A DNA stretch of 64,000 nt from a virus. Where the stretch lies: the IMG/VR virus record IMGVR_UViG_3300044971_004534. One strand, given 5' to 3'. Both the position numbers and the translations under genes were made by a program. Below are positions 18,701 to 27,784 of this stretch, one piece after another. A model generated the notes under the pieces. It saw nothing but the letters and a program-made list of their open reading frames with translations, had not been told where the DNA came from and made no database searches. Numbering within the stretch: the first letter of the stretch is position 1; each line of letters starts with the position of its first letter.

Positions 18701-21700
18701 TTGAGTATACTCCCAAAGATTATGAAAATGCCTTATTGCCATCTAGTGAAGTCTCACAAGTTGAAAATGTTTCAGTTGTTTTAGGAAATAGAAAGATAAG
18801 ACTTAAATGGGATGTTCCAGTAGATAGCAATATTGAATCTGTGATAATATATTATGCAGACGAACCATTTGAATCTGATTTTATTGAACGTAGTGATAAC
18901 TTTCCTCAAAAATACCCAGTTTTTGCAGGTATAAAAAGTCAAAATAGTTTTACACATTTTTACGGGAGAGTTAGAGACTCTCAAAGAAAAAGCGCAGCTC
19001 CCGGTTCTTTTCAAAATACACTGACTGCTGCTATAGTCGAATCAGAAGACGATCTTGATAATGGAAAAATTGCATATTATGCTATAGTATCTCGAGATAG
19101 ATATGGAAGAATGTCTGATCCCATTTTTGTAAATGGGACTCCAAGTGCTGCAAGCAATGATGCAGGCATACCTCCAGAGGGTATTATAGCAGCAAGAGCT
19201 TATGGAGTAGATTACAATACTGTTTCTTTGCGTTGGATAAACCCAGTATCTGCTTCTAGATTTTTTGACATAGAAGGCTGGCTAGACGATAACGTTGTTT
19301 TGTATTTTAGAGTTACAGATATTTATGGAAGAAGAATTGACGAGCAGGGTAATTTTGAAATTAAATTTAGATTTAATGATTTTCTTAACGGAATAGTGTT
19401 TACCAACATAGGTGGCGGAGACGACACTAAGGTTGCATCAATTATTGGTAATTTTGATACAGAAACTAGATTGCCAGTTGTAGAAAATATTAGTTTTTCA
19501 GAATTGATTTCTTATAACTTAAGTAATCTAAGTAATGGTTGGACTCGAATAACTGTAAACACAAATAATGCTTCTTTGTCTGATAGGAACTGGGCGGATG
19601 CAGTATATACAGAAGTTTCTATGGTATTTGTTCGCAATAATAATGTTGGCGAAGATCCTATATTTTCTTTTTCAACTCAGCCAATTAGGATATATTTAAG
19701 ACATCCATTGAAGCTTGATCTTGTCACTAATGATGCGGTATTTTATAATCCTCAATCTTACAGTATTTTTGTGCCAACTTATGCTGCTGGTTCTCCTATA
19801 TGCGACATTGTTTATAATGGCGGCAATACAGATATTGGTGGAGAATTTCTCGTATATGGAGCATATAACGGAAGGGCTTTGCCTTATACTTTTACGGTAA
19901 ATGCTTCATATAAAAATTCTCCTTTGCCTGCTGGTTCTACTGCTACTATAGATATTTTTGAAGATTCTGAGCCGACCACAGGAGTTAGTCAGGACGGTGC
20001 GTATGCAAATTTGCGTGGTGGTTTTTCTGGCATTATTGGCGCAAATCCAGAATTGGGAACTCCGGCTTCTCAGGCTGGACTTAATTCAGAAGAAATAGTA
20101 GTAAGAGATTCATATCCGCTTAGTACTACTATACAGTCAGTCTCAAATCAGATTATTTTTGAAGATTCTCCTTCTGGAAAAGAGTCTTTTGGTATTGGTG
20201 AAATAAGAGTTCCTGGTTCAAGATCTTTTGGTAGGGTATTTGCCAGTGTAAGGGTTGGACTGTTTTACAGATCTGCAGGTTTTTATATTGGCTTTATGCC
20301 GACTTTATATGTCAAAATGAATGCTTCTGCTCCCAATCCAGATGGAGAAGATGTAGCAACTCAGTATGCATATGCTTATGTAATCGATCCAAATAGATTC
20401 AGAGTTTCTATGTTTGACAGCTTTAGCAACAATTTTTCAATAGAAAATTATGCTCAACCAGTTCCAGATGGCACAACAGTTTTATGGAGACTTAATAAAC
20501 TAAGAAACGGCATAGATAGGCCATTTTACTCTACATCTCAAAGAAGTATTTCTGGTAGTGCAGTTGACAAAACAATTGATGGTATTTCTCAAAATGTAGT
20601 TTTTGGTCCAGCATCTAATATTAATTCTAGCATAATCCAGGCAGACAGTGATAGTGTTCTTTTAATACCAGAGGAGTATATCATTACTGCGACTGTTTCT
20701 TATAATGGGGTCACTTCTTCTGCTGCTCAATCTGTATGTATTTATCCGGTCACCGTAAATCCAGATCAAGTTCTTCCTGCTATAAGTCAAACTTCTTTTT
20801 ACTTTGCCGGAAAATCTTTTGGCAAAACTGATCAATATACTCAATCAGTATATGCAGATGGTGAAGATTTTTCAGTATTAGAAATAGTAAAAGATCCTAG
20901 ACTTTTATTGGGTGAAGAAGGAGACGCAAGAATAGATGATATTAAAGCATTCTGTAAATGCTATAATGCAGATGGTGCAAGCAATGGTATAGAAAATGCG
21001 TCACTTACAGTTTTGCCTACTAATCAATTAATTGAGATAAAAGCCAATAAACTACCAGATTGTCAATCATCGGGACTGTCTTCATATATACGTGGACGCA
21101 TAGAGATACTTCATGGATCAACTTTGAATTATTATGTTGGAAGTAGTGGCAAGATTCTGGTATCTTCTAGTGAAATTGGCTCAGACACAGCTTTAGTGGA
21201 GGTGAGAAGCAGCAACAGATCTGATATAGTTGTCAGAGCAAATACTTTTATACCCTTAAAATGGAAGTATCACACTAAACTTGAAGCAGATCCAGGACCT
21301 CTTTCTCCAGTGTTTTGTAATTTTATAAATTCTGGTTTTGGAAATTCTGTGTATCATAATGTTACTATGTCTGCATCTACTTCAGTAATTATAAATGGAA
21401 CAGAAAGATCAGTATTTAGTGACGGTGGTATTGCTTCGGGCAATCCGCCTAAGATGATTAAATTTGTTGAGCCTTTGTATATGCAATTTGCATATATATT
21501 AAAAAATGGTCAAAAGGTAAACGGAGAATTAATTGAGGTTGATGGAGCAAGTATATATGAATTTGTTTTTGCTATAAAATTTGCAGGGCTACCAGTGCCT
21601 GATGGGACTGAAGTTAAGTTTTATAAATGTGGTAGCAATGATCTTATTTTGGAATCCAGTGTAGGCTATACTGTTACAAAGCAAGAAATTGGACCATGGA

Positions 21701-24700
21701 GTTATGGTCCAAACGGGAATTTAGAAACTTCATCAATCAGTATGGTGTATATGAAGATAGCACCTATATCACCAGTTAGTCCAGTTTTTGGATCTTTATT
21801 TGCAGAAATAAATTATGACAAAAGTGGTCAAGTATTTAGGCAAAGAGTTGCTGGTATAGACTTTGTATATACTGGCGGCAACAACTTGGCTGTAACATCT
21901 TCTAACTTACCGGATACTGGTTCTGGTTCTGTTAATACTGGAAATGATCCAGGTAATGGTCAGCTTGGATCTGGCTTGCCGTCTGGTGGAAATAGCTCTG
22001 GCAGTAACAATCAGTCTAATTCTTTTGGATCTGTTGGCGGTGGTACTTCTAATAATCCACCTGGATCAAACCCATCCTCTTCTCTTTTCCCATTCCCAGA
22101 AATATTTGCTGAGATGGAAAATGCAACATCAAGACTTTTGGTAAACACTGCTTTTAGCAATGAATGCTATATATATGATGCCTTGGTAACTGATGTTGAT
22201 TATAGGTGGAGAAAAATAGCTAATATGAATTTAAGAAGAGCTATGCATGTATCTGAATTCGTTGATGAAAAAATATATTCAATAGGCGGACTTGCTGGCT
22301 ATACAAGTGGAGAAGCGAATGCAGAAGCAACAGTTTTGCTAACTGACACGTGTGAGGTTTGGAACTCATCCGAAAATAGGTGGACTACTGCAAGAAAATG
22401 TTTGTCAAAACGATTTGGATGCCTATCTTGTGCTGATAATAGATTTATCTATGTAATTGGTGGATTTGAGACTAGGCTTAAGGGTTCTATATCTCCTAGC
22501 GGTCAGACTGTGCAAACCAGAGTCCCCTATGTGAGTAGGCGTGTTGAGCGATATGATACTATCTCTAATACATGGCTATCTTTATCTCCAATGCCAGTTT
22601 TTGACTCTATGGGTAATCAAGTAGAAATACCTGCAGAAAATACGTTAACTGACAGAATAGGTAATGATGATGTAAATTTTGATCAATATGGTTGTGCGCT
22701 AGGAAAAGCCTACATAAAAGACAATAAAATTATAGTTTTGTGTGGTGCAAGAAAAGTAGATGACAAATTAAATGTTGAGAAATATAATAACGCTATTTTG
22801 GTGTATGATATAAGCAATAATAGCTGGTCTGTTAGCGATAGATTTTCTGCAGAATTGGCTTCAGAATTGTGCAGACTATATCCAGTTGTGTGGGAGCAAG
22901 ATGAAAATATATACATATACGGAGGGTCTTCATCTATTGTAGAAAATGTAAATGCTCAAGTCGGTGATGAAGAGTTTATTATAGAAAAGAATAAGGTTTT
23001 TGGTTTACAAAATTCGTTTGGCATTCCTTTATCCGATTTAGTCAATGATTTAACTATAAATAATATATACAGAGCAGATTATTTGTTTGGTAATTTACCA
23101 AAGTCTAGAGACCAAGTGTCTTTTGCAAATATTGATGGAGAAGGTGTATATTTGTTTGGTGGAAGAGTATTTGCTCAAAATGAAAACTTAGGAACCAATG
23201 CAACTCGTACTGCAGAAAGAATTGTTAATTTAAACGAATTGTATGTTGTAGAAAACATGGTAAAACCTTCATTTGGATTTAGTAATGCAGGTTGCGCCTC
23301 TGATGGTCTGAGATTCATATACATTACTGGAGGAACTACGACTAATCAGTCTCCTGGATTTGTAAGGTTGGAAATTGAGGTATACGGAGAGCAAACAGAA
23401 CAAATTAATTCTGAAAGATTTAGTGCAGTAGAGCCAGCCGATGCAACTGTAAGACTTGATGGATTCTCTGGAGTTGATTTAAAAATAAGTGCATATGATG
23501 ATGAAGGTGAATATGTTGTTGGCGATTTGCAGGTAGAAATATCTGGACTTCTTTCTTATGGCACAGGAGATGACGATCTTGAAGGTGGGGGAGCCTCAAT
23601 AGGAGGCAACCAAAGAGCTCCTACTTTTAATAGGAGAAGAAGACGAAAGGGCACTAGAATTTATCCTATTGTATTGAGTCCTTACAGGGTAACCTTGAAA
23701 AATGGTATTGGTTATTCTAGACTTGAGGGTAGAAGTGAAGATGTGCTAAAAAGCATTACTGAAATACAGGAAATATTAAATGCTGACTTATCAGCGGATC
23801 AAGCTGTTTTAGGAACAGCTTCCGAGTTGCAATTAAAACAGGGCAGTGTAAGGTTCCCTTATAGGATAAGTATAGTTGGTCGTGTAACTGATGATTTTTA
23901 TTTTGGCAAAACAGCATACACTTCAACAGAGGATCAAAATACAGAGCAAGAAGTATTCTTGCCAGAAAATGAGATTAATGACGTAATTGCAGATGCTGGT
24001 GACTTTGGTAATGCCATCGTAATGCCTCCAATGCTACCAGCTTATGCAAGTGCTTCTTCTCCGTTACCAATTGCTGACTATGGTCCAGTCCTTACTTGCA
24101 GCGCAGTTGGTGTCATAGGTCCCATTGGTGACGTAGATTTATTTGCATTTATTCCACCAAAATCTGGAGTTTATACTGTTACGATAGAGCAGAGAGGTTT
24201 TTCTCAACTACTTCCCCTTGTGTCGGTATTTAATAGTTCACAAAGTCCATATCCAATTAATGGTACAGCGTCAAATGAAATAAAGTTTGATAGTTTTGGA
24301 TATTCTACGGATGGAAGAACTGCTAACTTAGAGCTTTTGAAAGATGTTGTATACTATTTCCAAGTTTCTACATATGCTGGAGCTGAAAGTCAAGATGTTA
24401 ACAAAGTCGGAGCTTATAGGATAAGATTTACTATTCCTATAGCAATTATACAAAATCAAAACACAAGTGGTTCTAGCAGCAGCTCTAGCAGTAGCTCTAG
24501 TAGCAGCTCTAGTAGCAGCTCTAGTAGTAATCAAGGCGGCAACGGATCTAGTAGTAGTTCTAGCAGTAGTTCTAGCAGTAGTCAAAATTCAGGAGAAGTG
24601 GTTTCTTTTAACATTTTTGAATATTTAACAGATAGTACGGTGTCAGGTCTAAGCGATTCTTGGTCTTCTGTTTTAAGAGATTTTTATAATACTTATTTTA

Positions 24701-27700
24701 GATTTTTACTAGTAAATGGCGGTTATAGCAGTCAATCATTACAGGTTGCCATAGATACAATAAATTCAATAGCATCTTGTCCTTTTAAATGTCCCACTTG
24801 TGTTGAGTCTACTGGAGGAAATACACCTTGTGAGTCAGGATCTTTGGATTGTACGGGTTCTGACAACACTACTTGCGTAACCATATTGGGTTTGGGAAAT
24901 ATAGTATTACCAAGCAATTCAGCCACAAGTTCTAGCTCAAGTTCTAGCTCAAGTTCTAGCTCAAGTTCTAGCAGTTATTCAGATAGTCAATATGACCCTT
25001 ATACTGAAGCTTCAGATGGCACTACTCAGATAGAACCATATCAGTCTGATATACCTCCATTCGAATTACCTCCTGCAGGTGCAAACGAATTGATTATTGA
25101 AGATTTGCCATTTGAAAGATTATCTATTCCTGCACGAGTTATATTTGCCGGTGAAAGCGCAGCTCCATTAACTGAGGGTGATAGTCCAATAGTTCAATAC
25201 TATTCTGATATTGATTGGATTCCAGAAATTAATACTGACCTATTCACTGGAATTGATGCAGCTTCAAATATAAAGTTAAAAGTAAAAAAGATAAAACAAA
25301 GCATACCATTTGGTTCATCTCCTGTTTATGATGGAATCAACGATGCTGCAAGAATTATAAAATCTACTTTTGATTCAGACGAAATAATTAAAAATATATT
25401 ATTACTAAGTGATAATGATGAAAACACTAGTGGCATTTCTCCATTACAAGCTATAGAAAATGTTGACGCTATTGACGGGAAGCGTAAGGTAAAAGTAAAT
25501 TCATTTAACATAAGTACTTTTTATCCAGTTACCATAAGTGCTCAGGCTTCTAGAGCAAATATGTCTGGTGTCGGTGATGTAATCCGTCAAACTGGTGGAG
25601 CTAATTTTGCTTTGTTGTCATCCAGCCTATTTGATGAAGGTGTAGAATTTGCCTTCACTGGATCTGCTGGATCTGCTGGTGCTGGTAGACTTTCTTTAGT
25701 TGTAGATTTTGATCAAGACATTATTGTCAATACTGTTAATCCTGGAGTTGAATTAGGTAAAGCTGATTTTATCTCTTACGCAATATCGTATTCAAGTGAT
25801 GGAGAAAATTATACTAATATTCCTGATGAATTTGACGCTGGGTCGGCATGTCAAGTTGGTGCAAAATGCAGATTTATAAAGATAGACTTTGAGGGCGTAA
25901 TAGACTTCGATAAAATTGAGAACAATTTTGTTGCAGATCCATATGATCCATATAGTGATTTTGTAAAGATTAGTAAATATGATTTGTCTAAAATTAGAAG
26001 TATAGCATTTAATGTTTCTGCGGCAGATGATAACTATATATACTTAGAAAAGATTCCATTAATATCTGCACCTCAGCAAATAGTAATATTTGTTAACTGG
26101 GACGGTCCTTCAGACTCAGAGATATCAGCAGGAGCATCTACTGTTGATAGCGGCGACTGGAAGGATTATAGTAGAGATGCACAAAACGTTGCAATGGGTT
26201 CTGGAAAAGTTATAATACCTATAAGATACAAAGACAAATTTAATGTTGTCAAAGAAGAATTAACACCAATAACTCCATTCATATTTGAGTTACCACATGG
26301 GTCCGTGCATAAAAATGCCGTTATTGAAGTTTTTGATGCATCTGGACTGACTATAAATCCTAATGACTACATGATAGATAGAGATGCTGGCTTAATAAGA
26401 TTCCAATACTCTTTTTATGGCCAAAAGATTTATGTAGCAGTTGAAGAAGAGAAGAGTATTAAAATAGGAGTAAAAGCATCGTTTGGAGTAAAGCCTGGAA
26501 ATATTACTATTCAAAGCATTGGGTACATGCTTACTGTAAATGAGGATCTTGCTCCAGCAGAAACAAATCAGCCTCCACTCGCAGTAAATGTAAGAATTAA
26601 TCCAATTATAGTATACCCTTACACTAACGTAACAGCTTCTTACCGTTATTTAGATCAAGAAGGTGATGTGGAGGACGTTGATAAGAGAGTAATAAAGTGG
26701 TATAAGAACGGTATAGAAATTCCTCAGCTTGAAAATATAATTTCTTTTAATGATCTGCATAACAGCGAAGATGTGACTTATTCTTTCTATTATACATCAA
26801 ACTATGCAGAAATAGAGGCAATGTCTCCTGGTGTTACTGCAGAATTGCTTGCTAGTTTTGCTAATGAAAGAATTTTTGAGCCTGGGGATCAGATATATTT
26901 TACAGTTCAGGTTCACGATGGCAATCAGTTAAGCGGCGCGTTTAGAAGTCCAACTGTTACAGTTTCGGACTATCCGGTTGCTCCATCTGCCATTACTATA
27001 AGATCTAGATATGCAAGTGCAGCTGAAATACAGCTTTCTGATGGTGGTAATCAAGGAGGTGGTGCAGGTGGTGGCGGAGACCCCGCTAATTTTGGAGAGC
27101 TTGCTAATGAGTTTACTAACAGAACAAGATTATTCTTAGATTTTGATCTGTTCTCTCCTGCAGTGTTTAATAAAGCTGTAGTAACTTGGTACGTAATTGA
27201 TAATGCCGGTAATATAATTACTTTTAAATCTGGCAGAATATCTGACACTCAGTCTGGCATGTTCTCAATTGGACCTTCTGACACTAATATATTAAATATT
27301 GAAGCGGTAAAAATTGGTCATCAAATATATGCAGATATGTTTATTCCAAAAAATTCTGCTCCTAGTATTCTTAATGATATTACAATAAGAAGTAATACAG
27401 TCATAATAACTAATATAGTTCCAAGAGCTTCAAATGTTGTTTTGGAAAAACTGGTTGATGCAGGTACGTTTATATCTTATTGGAGATTTGCTTATACTTT
27501 TGAAGACGAAGATGTATATCAAAATGAGCCCAATCAGTCTGACAGGAGCATATTGAGATTGTATAAAAAGCTTCCAGCTGAAGACACCTTTACCTTAGAG
27601 ACAAGAATAACAGATCCCCTTAATTTCTTCATTCCTTCTGATTACTATGATGAGGGTGCTAAAATTTATCTTGAAGTTATACCTTTTGACAATGTTGCAT

Positions 27701-27762
27701 ACGGAACATCAGTAAAAAGCGAAATAGCCGAGTGGAGAAGGCCAACAGGTCCGCCGCTATAA
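15778..27762 (+). CDS. Giant multidomain adhesin/fibre-like protein (3,994 aa)
   Basis: Uninterrupted ORF. It contains a MIDAS-like FVLDHSGSMSW, FN3-like ends (DADYYYAIYPIDSNNRLGSPS; KIAYYAIVSRDRYGRMSDP), LamG, a Gly/Asn/Ser/Pro linker, Kelch blades, a polybasic RRRRRK, a PPC domain, poly-Ser tracts, a second vWA-like segment, a discoidin-like segment and C-terminal repeated Ig-like modules. Confidence 0.85.
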   Translation: MINFTKCSLTGSSFKLLYDENSSTLDSQLSYLAVNFTNSDSFWVPYRTSYNALNDVSMKLGRVSMASSLADSAESSYGQLDFSVNIKDEGDYVAAFKVSKEDGITLCSSVSLMHSMLPGKNVTSYVILNDRYGIPNEFAFDRKTEVFEFQHNMSQIAQDAVWITIEFPALVSGEYSFSIRLSGSESFDFINIDSANFIVEGFTIFKKTNFTSDGLVLRNQVTSNSSVFSSYRISSIEDSHPLSKVSFLNTLQQGEARISGLIGMQSGNTFYSLEKSVFFKLSDFSENERSVTAIIPYSISVNENDLDKICIIFSEHYDKSLWHFSYSADSSGVAGKTFKLVGEELELQEKTISLNLFESDQKYRPITSGQDSDDSKNVVVIEPPVGVPLNINSVTDSSISESVKDNFALLSDDNGNYYALNLPDRHQAFVLDHSGSMSWSDAGGERFKLINEIVDRFEQIYPGKVSYSLTTFKGTPVIVEWFGAIENNVSDSNDPDSVRTGFLQGKYTNFRGCHIVRKKSIAPSSPTDGDIVFNGFDKVLYDTDLEEDADYYYAIYPIDSNNRLGSPSIIRAKTRANEIVKGIKSLSGDEFIGTGIRKDDRSVFIYHMNEGYGSRIYDFSGNKMNLVIPDAAKNSVIWLDESESPAIDIDSDIGKGSGLRLTGRNSYCQWSGLCDKDFAGLNLSLWIYLFQNITPREKNIISIYNAFGQIDFKIGSESIFIRLNGTTVGVLSHVFLTESWNHISINVDAEWNTCSLYVNGVLYDSFSFGYYSSAISNFFNESIVKVVLGEEFENGFKGKVSEISLRNEAISLEEIEQESLFIPKDNGDRLLRLSWFTNLDNTDHKIVINYKQESGPLRLLDEDIAGPANYGRYQGDSTIGNPPNSPPGQIAQSDLKARICYGDDIGPVSAEDGITVFDSSIDGNLNECTVIQNFSSSIEKKYRFSVDAPGFRNFFRIFRINANGEQSYPDDSGLLEYTPKDYENALLPSSEVSQVENVSVVLGNRKIRLKWDVPVDSNIESVIIYYADEPFESDFIERSDNFPQKYPVFAGIKSQNSFTHFYGRVRDSQRKSAAPGSFQNTLTAAIVESEDDLDNGKIAYYAIVSRDRYGRMSDPIFVNGTPSAASNDAGIPPEGIIAARAYGVDYNTVSLRWINPVSASRFFDIEGWLDDNVVLYFRVTDIYGRRIDEQGNFEIKFRFNDFLNGIVFTNIGGGDDTKVASIIGNFDTETRLPVVENISFSELISYNLSNLSNGWTRITVNTNNASLSDRNWADAVYTEVSMVFVRNNNVGEDPIFSFSTQPIRIYLRHPLKLDLVTNDAVFYNPQSYSIFVPTYAAGSPICDIVYNGGNTDIGGEFLVYGAYNGRALPYTFTVNASYKNSPLPAGSTATIDIFEDSEPTTGVSQDGAYANLRGGFSGIIGANPELGTPASQAGLNSEEIVVRDSYPLSTTIQSVSNQIIFEDSPSGKESFGIGEIRVPGSRSFGRVFASVRVGLFYRSAGFYIGFMPTLYVKMNASAPNPDGEDVATQYAYAYVIDPNRFRVSMFDSFSNNFSIENYAQPVPDGTTVLWRLNKLRNGIDRPFYSTSQRSISGSAVDKTIDGISQNVVFGPASNINSSIIQADSDSVLLIPEEYIITATVSYNGVTSSAAQSVCIYPVTVNPDQVLPAISQTSFYFAGKSFGKTDQYTQSVYADGEDFSVLEIVKDPRLLLGEEGDARIDDIKAFCKCYNADGASNGIENASLTVLPTNQLIEIKANKLPDCQSSGLSSYIRGRIEILHGSTLNYYVGSSGKILVSSSEIGSDTALVEVRSSNRSDIVVRANTFIPLKWKYHTKLEADPGPLSPVFCNFINSGFGNSVYHNVTMSASTSVIINGTERSVFSDGGIASGNPPKMIKFVEPLYMQFAYILKNGQKVNGELIEVDGASIYEFVFAIKFAGLPVPDGTEVKFYKCGSNDLILESSVGYTVTKQEIGPWSYGPNGNLETSSISMVYMKIAPISPVSPVFGSLFAEINYDKSGQVFRQRVAGIDFVYTGGNNLAVTSSNLPDTGSGSVNTGNDPGNGQLGSGLPSGGNSSGSNNQSNSFGSVGGGTSNNPPGSNPSSSLFPFPEIFAEMENATSRLLVNTAFSNECYIYDALVTDVDYRWRKIANMNLRRAMHVSEFVDEKIYSIGGLAGYTSGEANAEATVLLTDTCEVWNSSENRWTTARKCLSKRFGCLSCADNRFIYVIGGFETRLKGSISPSGQTVQTRVPYVSRRVERYDTISNTWLSLSPMPVFDSMGNQVEIPAENTLTDRIGNDDVNFDQYGCALGKAYIKDNKIIVLCGARKVDDKLNVEKYNNAILVYDISNNSWSVSDRFSAELASELCRLYPVVWEQDENIYIYGGSSSIVENVNAQVGDEEFIIEKNKVFGLQNSFGIPLSDLVNDLTINNIYRADYLFGNLPKSRDQVSFANIDGEGVYLFGGRVFAQNENLGTNATRTAERIVNLNELYVVENMVKPSFGFSNAGCASDGLRFIYITGGTTTNQSPGFVRLEIEVYGEQTEQINSERFSAVEPADATVRLDGFSGVDLKISAYDDEGEYVVGDLQVEISGLLSYGTGDDDLEGGGASIGGNQRAPTFNRRRRRKGTRIYPIVLSPYRVTLKNGIGYSRLEGRSEDVLKSITEIQEILNADLSADQAVLGTASELQLKQGSVRFPYRISIVGRVTDDFYFGKTAYTSTEDQNTEQEVFLPENEINDVIADAGDFGNAIVMPPMLPAYASASSPLPIADYGPVLTCSAVGVIGPIGDVDLFAFIPPKSGVYTVTIEQRGFSQLLPLVSVFNSSQSPYPINGTASNEIKFDSFGYSTDGRTANLELLKDVVYYFQVSTYAGAESQDVNKVGAYRIRFTIPIAIIQNQNTSGSSSSSSSSSSSSSSSSSSSNQGGNGSSSSSSSSSSSSQNSGEVVSFNIFEYLTDSTVSGLSDSWSSVLRDFYNTYFRFLLVNGGYSSQSLQVAIDTINSIASCPFKCPTCVESTGGNTPCESGSLDCTGSDNTTCVTILGLGNIVLPSNSATSSSSSSSSSSSSSSSSYSDSQYDPYTEASDGTTQIEPYQSDIPPFELPPAGANELIIEDLPFERLSIPARVIFAGESAAPLTEGDSPIVQYYSDIDWIPEINTDLFTGIDAASNIKLKVKKIKQSIPFGSSPVYDGINDAARIIKSTFDSDEIIKNILLLSDNDENTSGISPLQAIENVDAIDGKRKVKVNSFNISTFYPVTISAQASRANMSGVGDVIRQTGGANFALLSSSLFDEGVEFAFTGSAGSAGAGRLSLVVDFDQDIIVNTVNPGVELGKADFISYAISYSSDGENYTNIPDEFDAGSACQVGAKCRFIKIDFEGVIDFDKIENNFVADPYDPYSDFVKISKYDLSKIRSIAFNVSAADDNYIYLEKIPLISAPQQIVIFVNWDGPSDSEISAGASTVDSGDWKDYSRDAQNVAMGSGKVIIPIRYKDKFNVVKEELTPITPFIFELPHGSVHKNAVIEVFDASGLTINPNDYMIDRDAGLIRFQYSFYGQKIYVAVEEEKSIKIGVKASFGVKPGNITIQSIGYMLTVNEDLAPAETNQPPLAVNVRINPIIVYPYTNVTASYRYLDQEGDVEDVDKRVIKWYKNGIEIPQLENIISFNDLHNSEDVTYSFYYTSNYAEIEAMSPGVTAELLASFANERIFEPGDQIYFTVQVHDGNQLSGAFRSPTVTVSDYPVAPSAITIRSRYASAAEIQLSDGGNQGGGAGGGGDPANFGELANEFTNRTRLFLDFDLFSPAVFNKAVVTWYVIDNAGNIITFKSGRISDTQSGMFSIGPSDTNILNIEAVKIGHQIYADMFIPKNSAPSILNDITIRSNTVIITNIVPRASNVVLEKLVDAGTFISYWRFAYTFEDEDVYQNEPNQSDRSILRLYKKLPAEDTFTLETRITDPLNFFIPSDYYDEGAKIYLEVIPFDNVAYGTSVKSEIAEWRRPTGPPL
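17590..18230 (+). other. LamG / concanavalin-A-like lectin domain
   Basis: Motifs are LSLWIYLFQ, ISIYNAFGQIDFKIGSESIFIRLNG, SWNHISINVDAEWNTCSLYVNGVLYDS and FKGKVSEISLRNEAIS. Confidence 0.55.
22150..23390 (+). other. Kelch-type beta-propeller repeats
   Basis: Blades are IYSIGGLAGY, RFIYVIGGFE, YDTISNTWLSLSPMP, IIVLCGARK, VYDISNNSWSV, IYIYGGSS, GVYLFGGRV and FIYITGGTT. Confidence 0.65.
24061..24440 (+). other. Bacterial pre-peptidase C-terminal (PPC)-like domain
   Basis: Motifs are GPIGDVDLFAFIPPKSGVYTVTIE, VYYFQVSTYAG and GAYRIRF. Confidence 0.5.
24466..24582 (+). repeat. Two poly-Ser runs split by NQGGNG
   Basis: In-frame AGC/TCT/AGT codons (SGSSSSSSSSSSSSSSSSSSSNQGGNGSSSSSSSSSSSS). Confidence 0.95.
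24928..24975 (+). repeat. Poly-Ser tract with a 12-nt tandem unit
   Basis: The unit agttctagctca occurs about 4 times, in frame. Confidence 0.95.
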
Positions 27763-27784
27763 TAAAGAATTACGATAAAGCAGT

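Noticed and set aside
21900-22095. Gly/Asn/Ser/Pro low-complexity segment in giant ORF 2, considered as a separate functional element.
   Set aside because: I can interpret it only as a flexible linker. It has no periodic DNA repeat and no motif.
1256-22144. Short alternative-frame + strand ORFs inside the giant genes (1256-1444, 4300-4596, 14316-14516, 19715-19900, 21944-22144).
   Set aside because: They have no motifs and no start context, are fully nested in long coding frames, and are of a size expected by chance in AT-rich DNA.
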